Assembly (NCBI RefSeq): GCF_009914755.1
Contig: NC_060947.1
Length of the DNA stretch: 64,000 nucleotides
DNA from: the human T2T-CHM13v2.0 reference genome, Homo sapiens
Direction: 5' to 3' (one strand)
Shown here: positions 42,830 to 56,451 of the stretch, in pieces
Layout: every line of letters starts with the position of its first letter
Numbering within the stretch: position 1 is the first letter of the stretch
The notes under the pieces: generated by a model
Databases searched by the model: none
Seen by the model: only the letters and a program-made list of their open reading frames with translations
Told to the model about the DNA's origin: nothing
Made by a program: the position numbers and the translations under genes

Positions 42830-43108
42830 TGTTTTATTTTGTAGAGACAGGGTTTTGCTCTGTCGTCCAGGCTGGAGTGAAGCAGCATAATCATGGCTCA
42901 CTGCAGCCTTGAACTCCCAGCTTTAAGCTATCCTCCCATCTTAGCCTCTCAAGTAGCTGGGACTACAGGTATGCGCCAACAGGCCTGGCTAATTTTTATA
43001 TTTTTTGTAAAGACAAAGTCTCGGTACGTTGCCCAGGCTGGTCTTGAACTCCCAGCCTCAGTCTCCCAAAGTGCTGGCATTAGAGGCATGAGCCACTGCA
43101 CCCGGCCC
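42830..43108 (-). mobile_element. AluJ
   Basis: Dimer with a small internal deletion. Confidence 0.9.
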
Positions 43109-43469
43109 AAAGGACTTTTAAAGAAAAATTAAATGGGGCAATGATTTTCATCAGTTATACCTCTCACCCCCATCTCCCACACATGAGCACACATTCATAA
43201 ACTTTTGATTTTTCAGGCACCACCCCAGCTGTTTTCTGCAGAAAGGAATTAATGAAGAACATGATTAGGTCTCCAGGAAGGACTCCCAGACCAACGTTAA
43301 CAAAAACAGCCCTCCAGGGTAATTGCGGGTTTTGCCACAGGTGGGAGACTAGGAGGCTGTCCCTACAACTTCATTCAGAGCCCTATTTCACCTTCCAGAC
43401 CTTCCCTGGCATGACCACTTTTCTCTCCATCTGCCTCAACTACTAATGCAGGTAGGTGTTAAGACAATG

Positions 43470-43623
43470 CCTGATTGGTGGAGCTAAATCCCATCTGGAA
43501 CCCTAGCTGCAAGGGAGTCCAGGAAACGGCATTGTTGGCCTTCCATCCTTTGCAGTACTGGACTACACACTTGAATGATGTGGAATACATGCCAAGTCAG
43601 TCAGTTAACCACAGCTTCCCACA
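43470..43623 (-). mobile_element. Old MLT1/LTR fragment
   Basis: ctgattggtggagct...ccctagctgcaagggagtccaggaaa. Confidence 0.55.
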
Positions 43624-43801
43624 AAACTACTCCACATGTAGGCTTATTCCCTGCCAACATGTTTGTTATTTGAAAAGCAATGGTATTTTATTATTACATA
43701 GTTCATTATTTTTTCTAGTATGTGGGATCATTTTAATCCATCTGCCTTTCAAATTGTATTATGTTTAAGCAGGCATAAAGTTAAGTCCTGACACAATTAT
43801 A

Positions 43802-44165
43802 CAGATGATCATTGACTTAACAATTGTTCAGCTTATGATATATTGACTTTATAATGATGTGAAAGCAATATGCATTCAGTAAAAACTATCTTTTGAGTGC
43901 CCATACAACCATTCTGTTTTTCACTTTTAATACAATATTCAATGAATTACATGAGATATATAACATGTTATTATAAATCTGACTGTGTTAGATGATTTTG
44001 CCCAATTGTAGGCTAATGTGAGTGTTCTGAACAAGTTTAAGGCAAGCTGGGCTAAGCTATGATGTTCAGCAGGTTAGGTGTATTAAATGCATTTCAATTT
44101 AGGATATTCTCCACCTACAATGGGTTTAGCAGGCTGTAATTCCATCATAAGTTGAGGAATATCTG
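43802..44165 (-). mobile_element. MER47A-like (Tigger5) element
   Basis: TIRs cagatgatcattgactta...taagttgaggaatatctg; ggctaagctatgatgttc...ggttaggtgtattaaatgcattt. Confidence 0.88.
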
Positions 44166-44394
44166 TGTGTGTGCATGTGTGTGTGTATATGCATATATGT
44201 ATACAGTCACACACATATATATGTATATACACACATATACATATAGACACATATACACATAAACATATAGACATATACATATATATACACACATATATGT
44301 ATAAACACACACATACATATACCTATGTGTGACCTATGGTCACACCACTGCACTCCATCCTGGACCATAGAACAAGACCCTGCACCTAAAATGT

Positions 44395-44438
<44 letters not shown>

Positions 44439-44740
44439 TGTACACACATATGTACATATATGTGTCTATACATATATGTCTATACATGTAGATGCACATG
44501 TGCATGTATGCATGTTTGTGTCTATACATATATGTGTACCTATAGACATATATACATATAGACACATGTGTATACACATATATGTGTGTACCTATAGACA
44601 TATATACATATAGACATATGTGTATACACACACATATAAATATAGACACATATACATATAGACATATATATGTGTCTATCCATATAGACACATATATACA
44701 TTCATATATGTGTACACACACACACACACACACACACACA
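44166..44740. repeat. Complex (TG)/(TA)/(CA) alternating purine-pyrimidine repeat with an embedded inverted Alu piece
   Basis: Pure TG 44397-44434; pure CA 44714-44740; internal direct repeat of about 50 bp containing gtacctatagacatatatacatatagaca. Confidence 0.92.
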
Positions 44741-45023
44741 TAACACTTTAGATGCAGGGTCTTACTCTGTGGTCCAGGATGGAGTGCAGTGGTGTGATCA
44801 TAGGTCACTGTAGCCTGGAACTCCTGGGTTCAAGTGATCCTCCCGAGTAGCTGGGACTATAGGCATGTGCCACCATGCCTGGCTAATTTTTTTAATTTTT
44901 TGAAGAGAGAGGGGTCTTTCTATGTTGATCAGGCTGGTCTTGAACTCCTGGCCTCCAGTGATTCTTTGGCCTCAGCCTCCCCAAGCATTGGGATTATAAG
45001 CATGAGCCACTATATACCCAGCC
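44741..45023 (-). mobile_element. AluJ
   Basis: Dimer whose tail end runs into the (CA)n repeat. Confidence 0.88.
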
Positions 45024-46132
45024 AAGCATCTGTATATTTAAACTCCTGTACTTTTGGGTCTTCTTTCAGAGGACAACACTATCAATTATTCATCCTAACA
45101 TAAAAAAGAATATGGAGCAGTTTTTAAAGAAATAGAAAGGCTACAACACCAAAAATTCTCTCTGAACCTCATCTCTTAGACTTACGGGATCTGCAATATG
45201 GCAGAGAAGCATGCGGTGCCAGGGCAAAGGAGGACCATAACGTGAGAAGTTTTCCTATGGTGTTATCAAGGAAGGATTAGATTTCCCTACAAGCACTCTC
45301 AGCAGATCTGGGGTGGAGAGGGGATGGTGCTGAGAGTCAACGACGAAGTCCCAGCAGTCAGCCCATGAGTGTCATTGATTCAGCCAGTTCAATAAGCAAT
45401 ACCCACAGGCATCTATCAGAGAGCTCACAATGTCTCTGATAGGCAGGCACTTCCCAATGGCTGCAAAACTGTGACTAAGCTTGTTACGAGTAATTACTCA
45501 GCTGAGTATTTCATGTACAGCAAAATCTCTTGAGAAGCTTTTTAAAATAAAGGTCTCAAGCCTCAACTCTCAAGATCCTGGGCTTGGACTACAGAACCTG
45601 TCCCCACTCCCTCAAGTAATGCTGATAAAAGCTGGCTGAGTCGCTACTGTAGAGAAGCTGGACAATGCCATGGGGGAGGTGAAGGGACAAGAACGCGGGT
45701 TAGGCAAACCTCATGCAAAGCAAAGAACACAACCTTCTCCAGTTTATGATTTTTCTCTAGTTAGAAACTGGAGTTGCATTCTTGCAGGGAAAAAAGACAT
45801 TTTCTAAAACTGGCTTGTACTTTTAGATTTCAAACTTAAAGCTATTGGCATGGTATATTGGAGAACCTCCTCCACACTCTTATAAAATGGAAGCACACAC
45901 GATTTTCACATATTATTTTGGGCCACTATCCTTTCCCAGAAGGGTCTGCTTTGTTTAGCTCAAGTTTAAATCAAAGAGCAGTGTTAACTTTTGTTGTGTA
46001 AGTAGTAGAATAAATATTAGGTTTCTCTCTGAATCTGCTCATCTTCAGTTATCATGAATAACATGAAATTCCTGCCATTGAAGTACCATGTGAGCCATCC
46101 TATATTATAAAACATTACTTAGTTTTCCTGGC

Positions 46133-46421
<289 letters not shown>

Positions 46422-47195
46422 TCATGACTTTTCTTGATAGCATATGTTACAAAGTTTTCAGCTGGATGAAATTTTGAGTTATTAGTTAAGATTTCATAAG
46501 ATAATTTACATCCAGTAACAGATGGCAATGCAGACCTGTTTCCAACAGTGGCAACAGCTGGTTGGGTACAGACAACAGTGTTTATTCTACTTTCAGTGCA
46601 GTGTGCCTTGATGAGCTCCTTGCACTAAAGATCAAACAATACTTTGCATAGAAGCATGCCTGGCCATACACTAACCATCAGAGCTATTGCTTAGAAGGCC
46701 GATTCCTGGCTCAATCTCAGCCTCCTCTCTTGTCAGGACACCTCATGAAGCAGTAAAAAATGGTATGAGGACTTTGAAAAATAATTTTCCATGGTCAGTT
46801 TCATGGTGAAAAGTGTCTATTGAATAGCCTCCTAGATGGAAAAGAGCTTTTCTAAATAAAAACTTAAGAGCATGTAACATATACCCTCAATCACTGGAGA
46901 AGTCTAAATCCATTCCTCATGGCCCAGGACCATGTTACCCCATGGTTACTGTTCTACATGCAGTGAAGGAAAAAGGCAGAGGCCAAGGAGGATAATGCTC
47001 AAAAAGACTTCTGCACTGCAGTGTTTTGGGTGAAATGTCCGTGAGCCATATTACTGTGCTAAGATTGGATTATGCTTGCATTAAAGCGGGATCATATGTG
47101 TTGATTTTGCAGAATGGCCTTGAATTTTGTTGTTGTTGTTCCTCCCTCTGCCATTCAGCATGTGGTCTGGAAGTGAAGATGTAACAGACAGCACA

Positions 47196-47198
<3 letters not shown>

Positions 47199-47228
<30 letters not shown>
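47199..47228. repeat. (CA)n
   Basis: Pure AC run. Confidence 0.95.
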
Positions 47229-47231
<3 letters not shown>

Positions 47232-47353
47232 TACATCACATGCATTGAGTCCAATGTAAGAGCAACATTCTAGGGTTCTTTGCTTAAATCCTACCACTCA
47301 CTATGGCATCTTGGGCAAGTCATTCCATACCTCTGGGTCTCAGTTTTCTCATT

Positions 47354-47811
47354 TGTGAAGCAGGTTCACTGTGCACTGATGACCCACTTGTCTGCATCCA
47401 GTGAGACAGAACACTCATGCACAGAGTAAGTAAAGTGGGTTTGTTACTTTCAACTAGGCAGCAAGAAGCAATAGAAGCTGGGACTTCATAGCAAGCCACT
47501 CTTCCAAGGCTCAGAAAAGCTGCCCCGGGTAGATGGGGGTCTCTTCTGTGCATGCCCAAGTTGCACTGAAGCTAAGAGACCCCATAAATCAGCCTGCCCT
47601 GGGTTTCACACCTGGGGCCATGGGACCCGCTGGGCTAAAGCATTGAAGGACATCCTATTTCTATGAGGGGATTGGAACAGAGCCTGGACTGTTCTAGGTA
47701 ACTCCCCCTTATCTCAAGATGTTGCATTCCCAGCACATTCTATAGTTATTCTTAAGAACTCCAAGAAAAAAAAGAGGGGAGAACCAAGACTACTCAAAGG
47801 ACTGTCCTGCA
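47354..47811 (-). mobile_element. LTR47-like ERVL solo LTR inserted in a MIR
   Basis: Minus-strand start tgcaggacagt...agaataactatagaatgtgctgggaatgcaacatc; TSD tcatt/tcagt; MIR core at 47290-47353. Confidence 0.85.
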
Positions 47812-47866
47812 TCAGTGGAAACAGATGAATTACAATTCAGTTAGAATGACAGAGGAATCGTTAAGG

Positions 47867-48192
47867 TTTTTTTTTTTTTAATTTCAATAGATTTTTGGGG
47901 AACAGGTGGTGTTTGACTATATAAGTTCTTTAGCGGTGATTTCTGAGATTTTGGTGCACCCATCACCCGAGCAGTGTACACTGTATCCAATGTGTAGTCT
48001 TTTGTCCCTCATCCCCCTCCCAGCATTTCCCCTGAGCCCCCAAAGTCCATTGTATCATTCTTGTGACTTTGCGTCCTCATAGCTTAGCTCCCACTTATGA
48101 GTGAGAACATATGATGTTTGGTTTTCCATTCCTGAGTTACTTCACTTAGAATAATGGTCTCCAATTTCAACAGGTTGCTGTGAATGCCATTG
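47867..48192 (-). mobile_element. L1PB-like 3' end
   Basis: tttttggggaacaggtggtgtttg...ttctgagattttggtgcacccatcacccgagcagtgtacactg. Confidence 0.88.
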
Positions 48193-48581
48193 TCCTATCA
48201 TTGAAAATATTATCCAGCCCAGAATTTAAGATTGTCCAAATGTCTTCCCTTCAAATCTTATTGCCTTAGTTTACAAAAACAGAGGGACTATAAAATATAT
48301 TTTGACACAATTAACTATTTCTTGTTTACTATTAATTTCCCAGGCAGCTTGGCACTAAATTACCAATCTTACTCTATGTCTGGTATGGAGCACTCTGCAA
48401 GTCTATAATTCTTTTTAATATGAGATTTCTGTATGAACATGAACATTTAAGAAGTAATTTTAAAGCCAATGCCTATTCCAAATAATGAGCCTTACAGAGA
48501 ATTGGAAAATAACACAGGACTGTGTTATTTCTTACTGTCAGAAGACTAGAATTACAGTCCTGGCTCTGCCACCTACTATAT

Positions 48582-48760
48582 CATTCATTCATTCATCTGT
48601 TTATTTATTCAATAATTTAACAAATATAGATTAACTACCTACCCTGTACCAGACACTGGTGAAGTTTTGTGCACATACCTGTGAAGAGCATGTACTCTTC
48701 TCTCATGAATCTTGTAGTTTGGCAGAGAAAAAGATAATAAGTAAACAAACCAGAATGTAT
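48582..48760 (-). mobile_element. L2 3' end
   Basis: cattcattcattca...ttaacaaata...acctaccctgtaccagacactg. Confidence 0.7.
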
Positions 48761-49635
48761 TATTAGAGAATGAAACTTTACTTTTTGTTTGGATCTGAGT
48801 CTGCCAGGGCACAATTTGCAAAATGCAAACTTGAACTAGAAGTCTGGGCTTTTCTCAGTAGTCATAGAATCCACACACTATACAGAGTTATATGGTCAAC
48901 GATCTCAGGGTCAGTGGGCTCATTTAGAGCTTATGTAAGCAAATTGAATTTCCTATTACAAACACACTCCATAACTTAAGACAGCAAGTGCAATTTTTAT
49001 AATGAGCAGTTTTCAGGCATATGTCGTTAAACTACAAGGCTCACTTCAGGTCATCAGCAACCTAGGAAGAGCATCTTATAAGTAAAGACTGTAGTTTGCC
49101 AAGTTCAGACCTAACACCTTGCTCCCAACAGTCTCTCTGTTTATAATCTTTTACTGGAATTATAAATATTCTCTGTTCCAGTGGTTCTTAGAGTGGATGC
49201 ACCAAGCTCAGGGTGTTTGCAGAGATATCCCTCGGTGAGTGGGAAGGAAATGTGAGGATTTCCACTTTGTATCTCATGAATAGTAAATAGTAATAGTTCA
49301 AGTCCAGATTAATGCTTCCTCCCTCATGCAAGATGTAAGATGTGATGGGGCTCCCCAGTAGGGATAGGAGTGCCTCACTTGTTTTTACTCATTTTTATTT
49401 TCAGCAGATTGCAACCTTTCATTAACAAGTGCCTGCTTAAGAGAATTTGCTGGTGATGCCACCTGGGTTTAAGTATATTAATCCTCACAAAATGGATGAG
49501 TGACTTAAAGCCCCTACAAAAAAACAAGAGTGAATTTGCTAAGAATCATGCAAGCACAAGGAGGCAACGCATCACCTAACCCTTGTCAGGGCATTTTCAA
49601 ATGAAAGACAACAACTCTCCAATAAAATCTGATAA

Positions 49636-50085
<450 letters not shown>

Positions 50086-51002
50086 TAGCTAAGCACAGGA
50101 AAGTGTTATTGTTTTATCATGGGGATACGTGACCACAAAAATCTGGAGAATGATGTTCTAGCCACTCCCATTCTATTGATTAAGAAATGTAATGGTTAGC
50201 AGTCCCCTTTGAATGTCATGGCTGTCTGTGTTTGAGAAGAACCATATGAAAATGATGTTATGCAACCATTTTCGGGGGGGCTACAGAAAGGTAATTTCAT
50301 GTGATTCAACCTATCAAATACAATTTGGCTTTTCTATTTTTATTAAGAAATTAAGCCTTGCAGGGTGGGATCATAACATCAGGAGTAGTCATGAGCGGTG
50401 GTTAAGGCAATAAAGAAAATCCAACTGGGTATCAGGAAAGACAACGACTATATCAGGGATCCCTGGGGTGGAGATGGGAACAAAGATGGAAATATGGAAT
50501 GGATCTAGTTGTGCAATTATCCAGGGCGATGATGATGGAAGCAGAAGGAGCAGCCGGGGCAAGAGTCCTGCAGCGGCACTGAGGCTGGGTTGGGTCGCTA
50601 TGTCTGAGGTGATGGGTCCAGGGAAGGAGGATCCATCAGGATTCTAGGCAAGAGAGGCCACCTAAGAAAAGCAGGCAAGCCAAGGAGGTTGGATTTCATC
50701 CTGTGGACAGAGGGTGTTGGGTAGGATAGGGCTGGCTCTGCCTAAGACTGTGGACACTGAATTCCCTTCTGGAAGCCTTGGTTTCTCTGATCACTGTGAG
50801 AATAATACCAATTTCACAGAATTACTGTGAGACACACACATTCTTAAAGGTACTGGTCCCCACATCTGGCCCCATGTGGGCACCCAGCAAACATCAATTC
50901 CCTCCCCTTCTTTGATGGACTGCATCAATCACTTTTTCCAATTTTTCCAATTTTCATAGGAGTGCCTATTTAAAGAAGGTGACTTTAAAATATTTTAAAT
51001 AA

Positions 51003-51305
51003 GGCCGGGTACAGTGGCTCAAGCCTGTAATCCCAACACTTTGAGGGGCCAAGGCAGGTGGATCACTTGAGGTCAGGAGTTTGAGACCAGATTGGCCAAC
51101 ATGGCGAAACCCCATCTCCACTAAAAATACAAAAATTGGTTGGGCATGGTGGCGCTCGCCTGTAGTCCCTGATACTTATGAGGCTGAGACAAGAGAATCA
51201 CTTGAAGCTGGGAGGCAGAGGTTGCAGTGAGCCAATATCGAGCCACTGCACTCCAGCCTGGGAGATGGAGTGAGACCTTGTCTCAAAAAAAAAAAAAAAA
51301 AAAAA
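51003..51305 (+). mobile_element. AluS
   Basis: Full dimer with A tail. Confidence 0.95.
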
Positions 51306-51568
51306 ATTTTAAACAATCTGCATAAATGCCAAGTAACAAATTCGTCTCATTGATCCTATTACACAAGAAGTAGGGAATGATTAGTGACTAAATATTCTAC
51401 AAGCAGGGACTTTCAGAAATGTTTTTAAATTAATAAAGTAAAAATGAACAAGTGAAAAAGTTATCTCATAATAATTATTATGTTTTGTATTCTATTTCCT
51501 TGTGCTCAGTTTTCCTTATTTTATTAATGCCTATGAGTAATAGAGGTAGTATTCATAGGTATTAGTAA

Positions 51569-51902
<334 letters not shown>

Positions 51903-52961
51903 TTAATGTTCATTCTTATTTCCATTTCACACTTTCCTTTTTACTCTTATTGTGAGGGCTTCTGTTGACATTTTCAAACAATTTGAGTTTTGGGAAAGGC
52001 ACTTGGCATGATTCCATCTTTCCTTTCTTTTAAGAAATATACCCAACCTAGTGTTTCAAAATGAGGACATCCTCCTCAGAGTAGTCACCTTTGGAAGGGA
52101 ATCACTGTGCCCAAATGTTGATCTATTAGAATAGCCCATAGAGTGTTTCCAAGGTGCATACTGTCACCACTTTGGGGCAATGGGCTAGGATGTAAGCCTC
52201 ATGAGAGAAAAGACCATGCTGCTCACATCTTTGTGCATTCTCACCAAAAGCCAGATTAATCTCTATTTTTATCACCAGAATTGGATGCAATTATTTGAGT
52301 GATACAAGAAAGCAAATTCATCCACCAAGAAGGACAATCGCCATGGAGAATGTTACAATGGACACAAAGTCAGCAACATGAGAGACCTGCCCTATTCAAT
52401 ACTATTGCCTGCAGCTCTCCAACCGAAAGCGCTAAGCCCAGAAACAGGTACAACGTGGGCATTCCAATGCTAAAAGTATTGGACATGTTCAAGCCCTGAT
52501 ATCAATTTCAACAAGGAAGTCACATGCAACTTCCTATCACTGCAGAAGTTTCTGGATTAAATATCCAATATTGGTTTCCGAAAGTGATCACTTTGAAAGG
52601 AATAAGGGTTTTATGAACATCTGTGCTGGGACGTGACTTGGACCAACCCAGTGAGTGTTTCTGTATAGTGCCATCTGCTGCTCCCAGATCAGACTGAGAT
52701 GGCATTAAGTGAGCACAAAACCAAAAATCTAGGATGAAGGAGATGGAAAGTTTCCAGGTGGTCAGTTGGTGATAGCATGAAAATGAGATTCTAGCAATAT
52801 GGAGAAGAAGCTGACATAGATAAATCAGTGCAGAACATCTGTGCCTTAGATGCCATAGAAATGCTCACAGAGAAGGGAGATAGGACAGTTACAGTTGTTT
52901 TCCTTTTTTAAAGCAGTGGAAAGAAACTTTGAGAACTTAGAGTCCAAGTCAATGAATATTT

Positions 52962-53026
52962 GAGTATCTTTAAACTCCAGTCCCTGTACTAGGTGCTGGG
53001 CAGCTGCTGTCTCTATGTCCATGGAG
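52962..53026. repeat. Left arm of a 65-bp inverted repeat
   Basis: 58/65 identical to the reverse complement of 54412-54476; 36/36 core. Confidence 0.95.
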
Positions 53027-53324
53027 CCTGGAGTCTCCTTTGGAAGACACACAATCAAGGTTACTTTTTACAAATTGCAACCTGTGACAATGCATGAGAC
53101 AGAAGAAGATTAAAACTTTCGCCTCTGGTGGTGGAGTTTTGGATCTACTGAAGAGCAGTTTGAAACAGGTCTAGACTTTGATGTACCCGTGAGAAGAGAG
53201 AGTTACAGGTTATTTCTAAAGGGTGTTATCAGAACAAGTCATGGCACTCAACAAGGTTCCTCTCCTCCTACCCAATACAAACCTTAAGGGGGATCATCCA
53301 ATGGTCCCTGTTTATAACAGCACA

Positions 53325-53520
53325 GAAGCCAAAGCCAGCTCACCACCTGTTTTTGTTCATCAAGTTTTGCTGGAATCCAGCCTTACTCATTGGTTTGCAC
53401 AGTGTCTGTGCTATTTCCACACTATATCGGCAGTGAGTAGTGAAGACAGCAGCTGTACAGCTGCTAAACCAACAATATTGACTATCTGGCCCTTTACAGA
53501 AAGAGTTGGCCAACTCTTAC
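53325..53520. mobile_element. MER58A-like hAT-Charlie element
   Basis: ccacctgtttttgt...aagttttgctggaa...atattgactatctggccctttacagaaagagttggccaac. Confidence 0.85.
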
Positions 53521-54411
53521 TTATATAATAGCAGCATACATTGCAGAAAAAAGAAACAAAGGCTCATAACTATACATCAGGTATAGCAGGTGTAAGGTGA
53601 TATTGCAACACCAAACAAATGGAACTGAATACAGAGATACAGTTACACTTTCCTTTAAGTTTGCTATCAAGTTGCTTTCTAAGAATGTATGGAGTGGCTT
53701 TTTATAATGTATAATTGATCACTTAAAATTCCAATTGTTTTTCTGCTGTACAAACATTTCTATTGTGTCTTGGCCTTCTTGTGAAGTGGAGAAACAGAAA
53801 CATCGTCTATGTTGTATTGCTATCACGGTTCCCTGGCCATCTGCATCTAACTGTAAAATAAACAGCTCTCCAGAAGCACCTATGCAAATATGAGCACATT
53901 CTTCTACTGATATAATTTGCATTAAGCTGAATCATTTCCCAGAATAAATTCCAAGGGTATATAATTTTAAACTCCAATTATGGCAGTTGTTCTAAAATGG
54001 GTTTATCCATAAAAGAGGCAGGTCCTTTACTAATTTACACAAAATTTTTCACAAGGCTGATAATTGAAGTTCTAAAGGCAATGAGTTTAATTATAATGCC
54101 ACCTGTCTTGATATCAGATGAACTGTTTACTTTGGAAATAACAGTAAAGTAGGTTAATTTTTCTTTCAAGGAAATTTTCCAAAGCATCATGGAAGTGTGG
54201 ATATAAAGTATTTCCCTCTGCATTTATAACAGGTACTCATGGTCCAAGAAATTCTTGTCATTGACAATTGACAGACTTCTCTAAGTAAAGTTTATCTCTT
54301 TATTTTTGGATGGACAGGATTTGGATTCTAGTTTTTTAACTCACCAAAAAGCACCCCTTTCTAGTGTGCTGAGTTAATACAAGGACAACAGAACTAATAA
54401 ATCCAAGATAT

Positions 54412-54476
54412 CTCTGTGGAGATAGAGAGAGCAGCTGCCCAGCACCTAGTACAGGGACTGGAGTTAACAGACACTC
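54412..54476. repeat. Right arm of the 65-bp inverted repeat
   Basis: agcagctgcccagcacctagtacagggactggagtt is the exact reverse complement of 52973-53008. Confidence 0.95.
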
Positions 54477-54742
54477 TTTATCTTCAACAAAGAGTTGAAC
54501 AAGGACTACAAAATCCCTATGTCTCTTTTATAATTAAAAATTGAGTACTCAGAATCATATCATTTAGCTAAACTATTGTCTGATGGAGTGCACGTGTTTT
54601 AAGAAACAGCCTTGCATTCCAGAAAAATGAAGTTGATGATATTTCTTGAAATTAGAAACACATTTTCTGCATCATGGTTGTACCAGGAGGATCTTAGTTT
54701 CTTAAAAGTGGCAAAGGATAGTCAAAGAAACATGCAGCTCCA

Positions 54743-55030
54743 AATATATATATATGATATTGCATATAATATAGATTACATATATTATATATCTATATGA
54801 TAAATTATATATGAATATATGATATATTATGTATTGTATATTTATATGATAAATTATATATAATATATAATATATTATATGATATATAAGTATATTTGAT
54901 TTAATTTAATTATTTAATTTATTTATAATTAAATATATTTATTTATAATTAAATATATTTATTTACAAATAAATATATTATTGTATGCATTATATCTATT
55001 ATATATTAATTATGATATATTATTTATATG
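54743..55030. repeat. AT-rich degenerate (TA)n tract
   Basis: Nearly pure A/T with internal 20-bp repeats (atttataattaaatatattt). Confidence 0.9.
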
Positions 55031-55187
55031 TACATTTCCAAATGTGCTCTTAGCTCTTGTTAGTATAGGTTTTAAAGATTTTTTGGACTGATTCCTTGAA
55101 AGAAACCTCCTTGAATTTTTATTTTAATGGTAGAAATATCTTGATGACTTCATGGTAAATTAAGATGTAGAAAGAGAGCCGTATTAA

Positions 55188-55352
55188 GGCAGGACCCCTC
55201 AACACTGGCGAAACATAAGACTCTCCTGGAGAGGTTTTTAAATCCTGATGCCCAGCCCACAACCTGACCCAGGTGCACCTGAATGTCTATGGGTGGGTCT
55301 CGGGCGTGAGCTTTTTTTCACATTCCAACAGTCAAGTTAGAGTACCCTGGAC
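55188..55352. mobile_element. MER5A-like fragment
   Basis: cctcaacactggc...cctggagaggtttttaaatcctgatgcccagcccac. Confidence 0.6.
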
Positions 55353-56080
55353 AGAAGTAAATCACAGCCATCAAAATTAAAGGCCATGAATAGAATATAT
55401 AGTAAGGGACAGATTCATTACAAAGGACCTCAGCAAATGAGCATCAGTCATTTAGTAACAATGCCTTGTTATAAATACAGCTTCAAAACCATTTGTTTGA
55501 AATCCACATCTTCACCTTCACTCCATGGCCAAGACTTCTAAGTACCTAGCAACATGCCAAAGTCAGTCATTTGTCAGCTTTCTGCCAAATTTGAGAACTG
55601 CAATATGGTAGTGTGGAAAGAGGGCTTGCCTTTTGGGAAACAGACCCTGGAATTTTATAGGAACAGCTTCTGAAAAGCCAAAAAGATGGGGTAAGAAGCT
55701 AAGCTCAGAGACAGGGCAGACAGTCTCGCCCAAACCACAGGAACGAAGTTAGGGATTGACACCCATCTATAGTCAGTCCTCTGGAAAACATACCTGTGGC
55801 CACATTAACCTGAAATGTGCTCTTTTTGAGAGCGAGAACAATGATTCCAAAATATTAATAATTGTTACTTGACTAAAGTTTGAACATCAAGACCGTGTAT
55901 TAAAATTCATTGCTAGAGGCCGCCCTAAGAATAATTCCTGGAAGTTGCCACGCTGCTAATATGTGTGATTAGCAGCGTGGAATGCTGTGTGACAACAGCT
56001 GACTGCCTCCCTTCAGTTTCGTGGGGAAAGAACACAGCATTAAATCTCATTTAAGTGGCCCCAGAAAAGGTAATTGATCA

Positions 56081-56451
<371 letters not shown>

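Noticed and set aside
44083-44808. Cys/Val/Tyr/His-rich ORFs
   Set aside because: They are dinucleotide-repeat translations.
52054-52605. Possible ancient mariner-like (MARNA) relic (gtagtcacctttgga...aagtgatcactttgaa)
   Set aside because: The similarity is too faint to call by eye; it needs an HMM search.
55910-55925. CTCF-like ttgctagaggccgccc
   Set aside because: It mismatches several core positions and cannot be supported without ChIP data.
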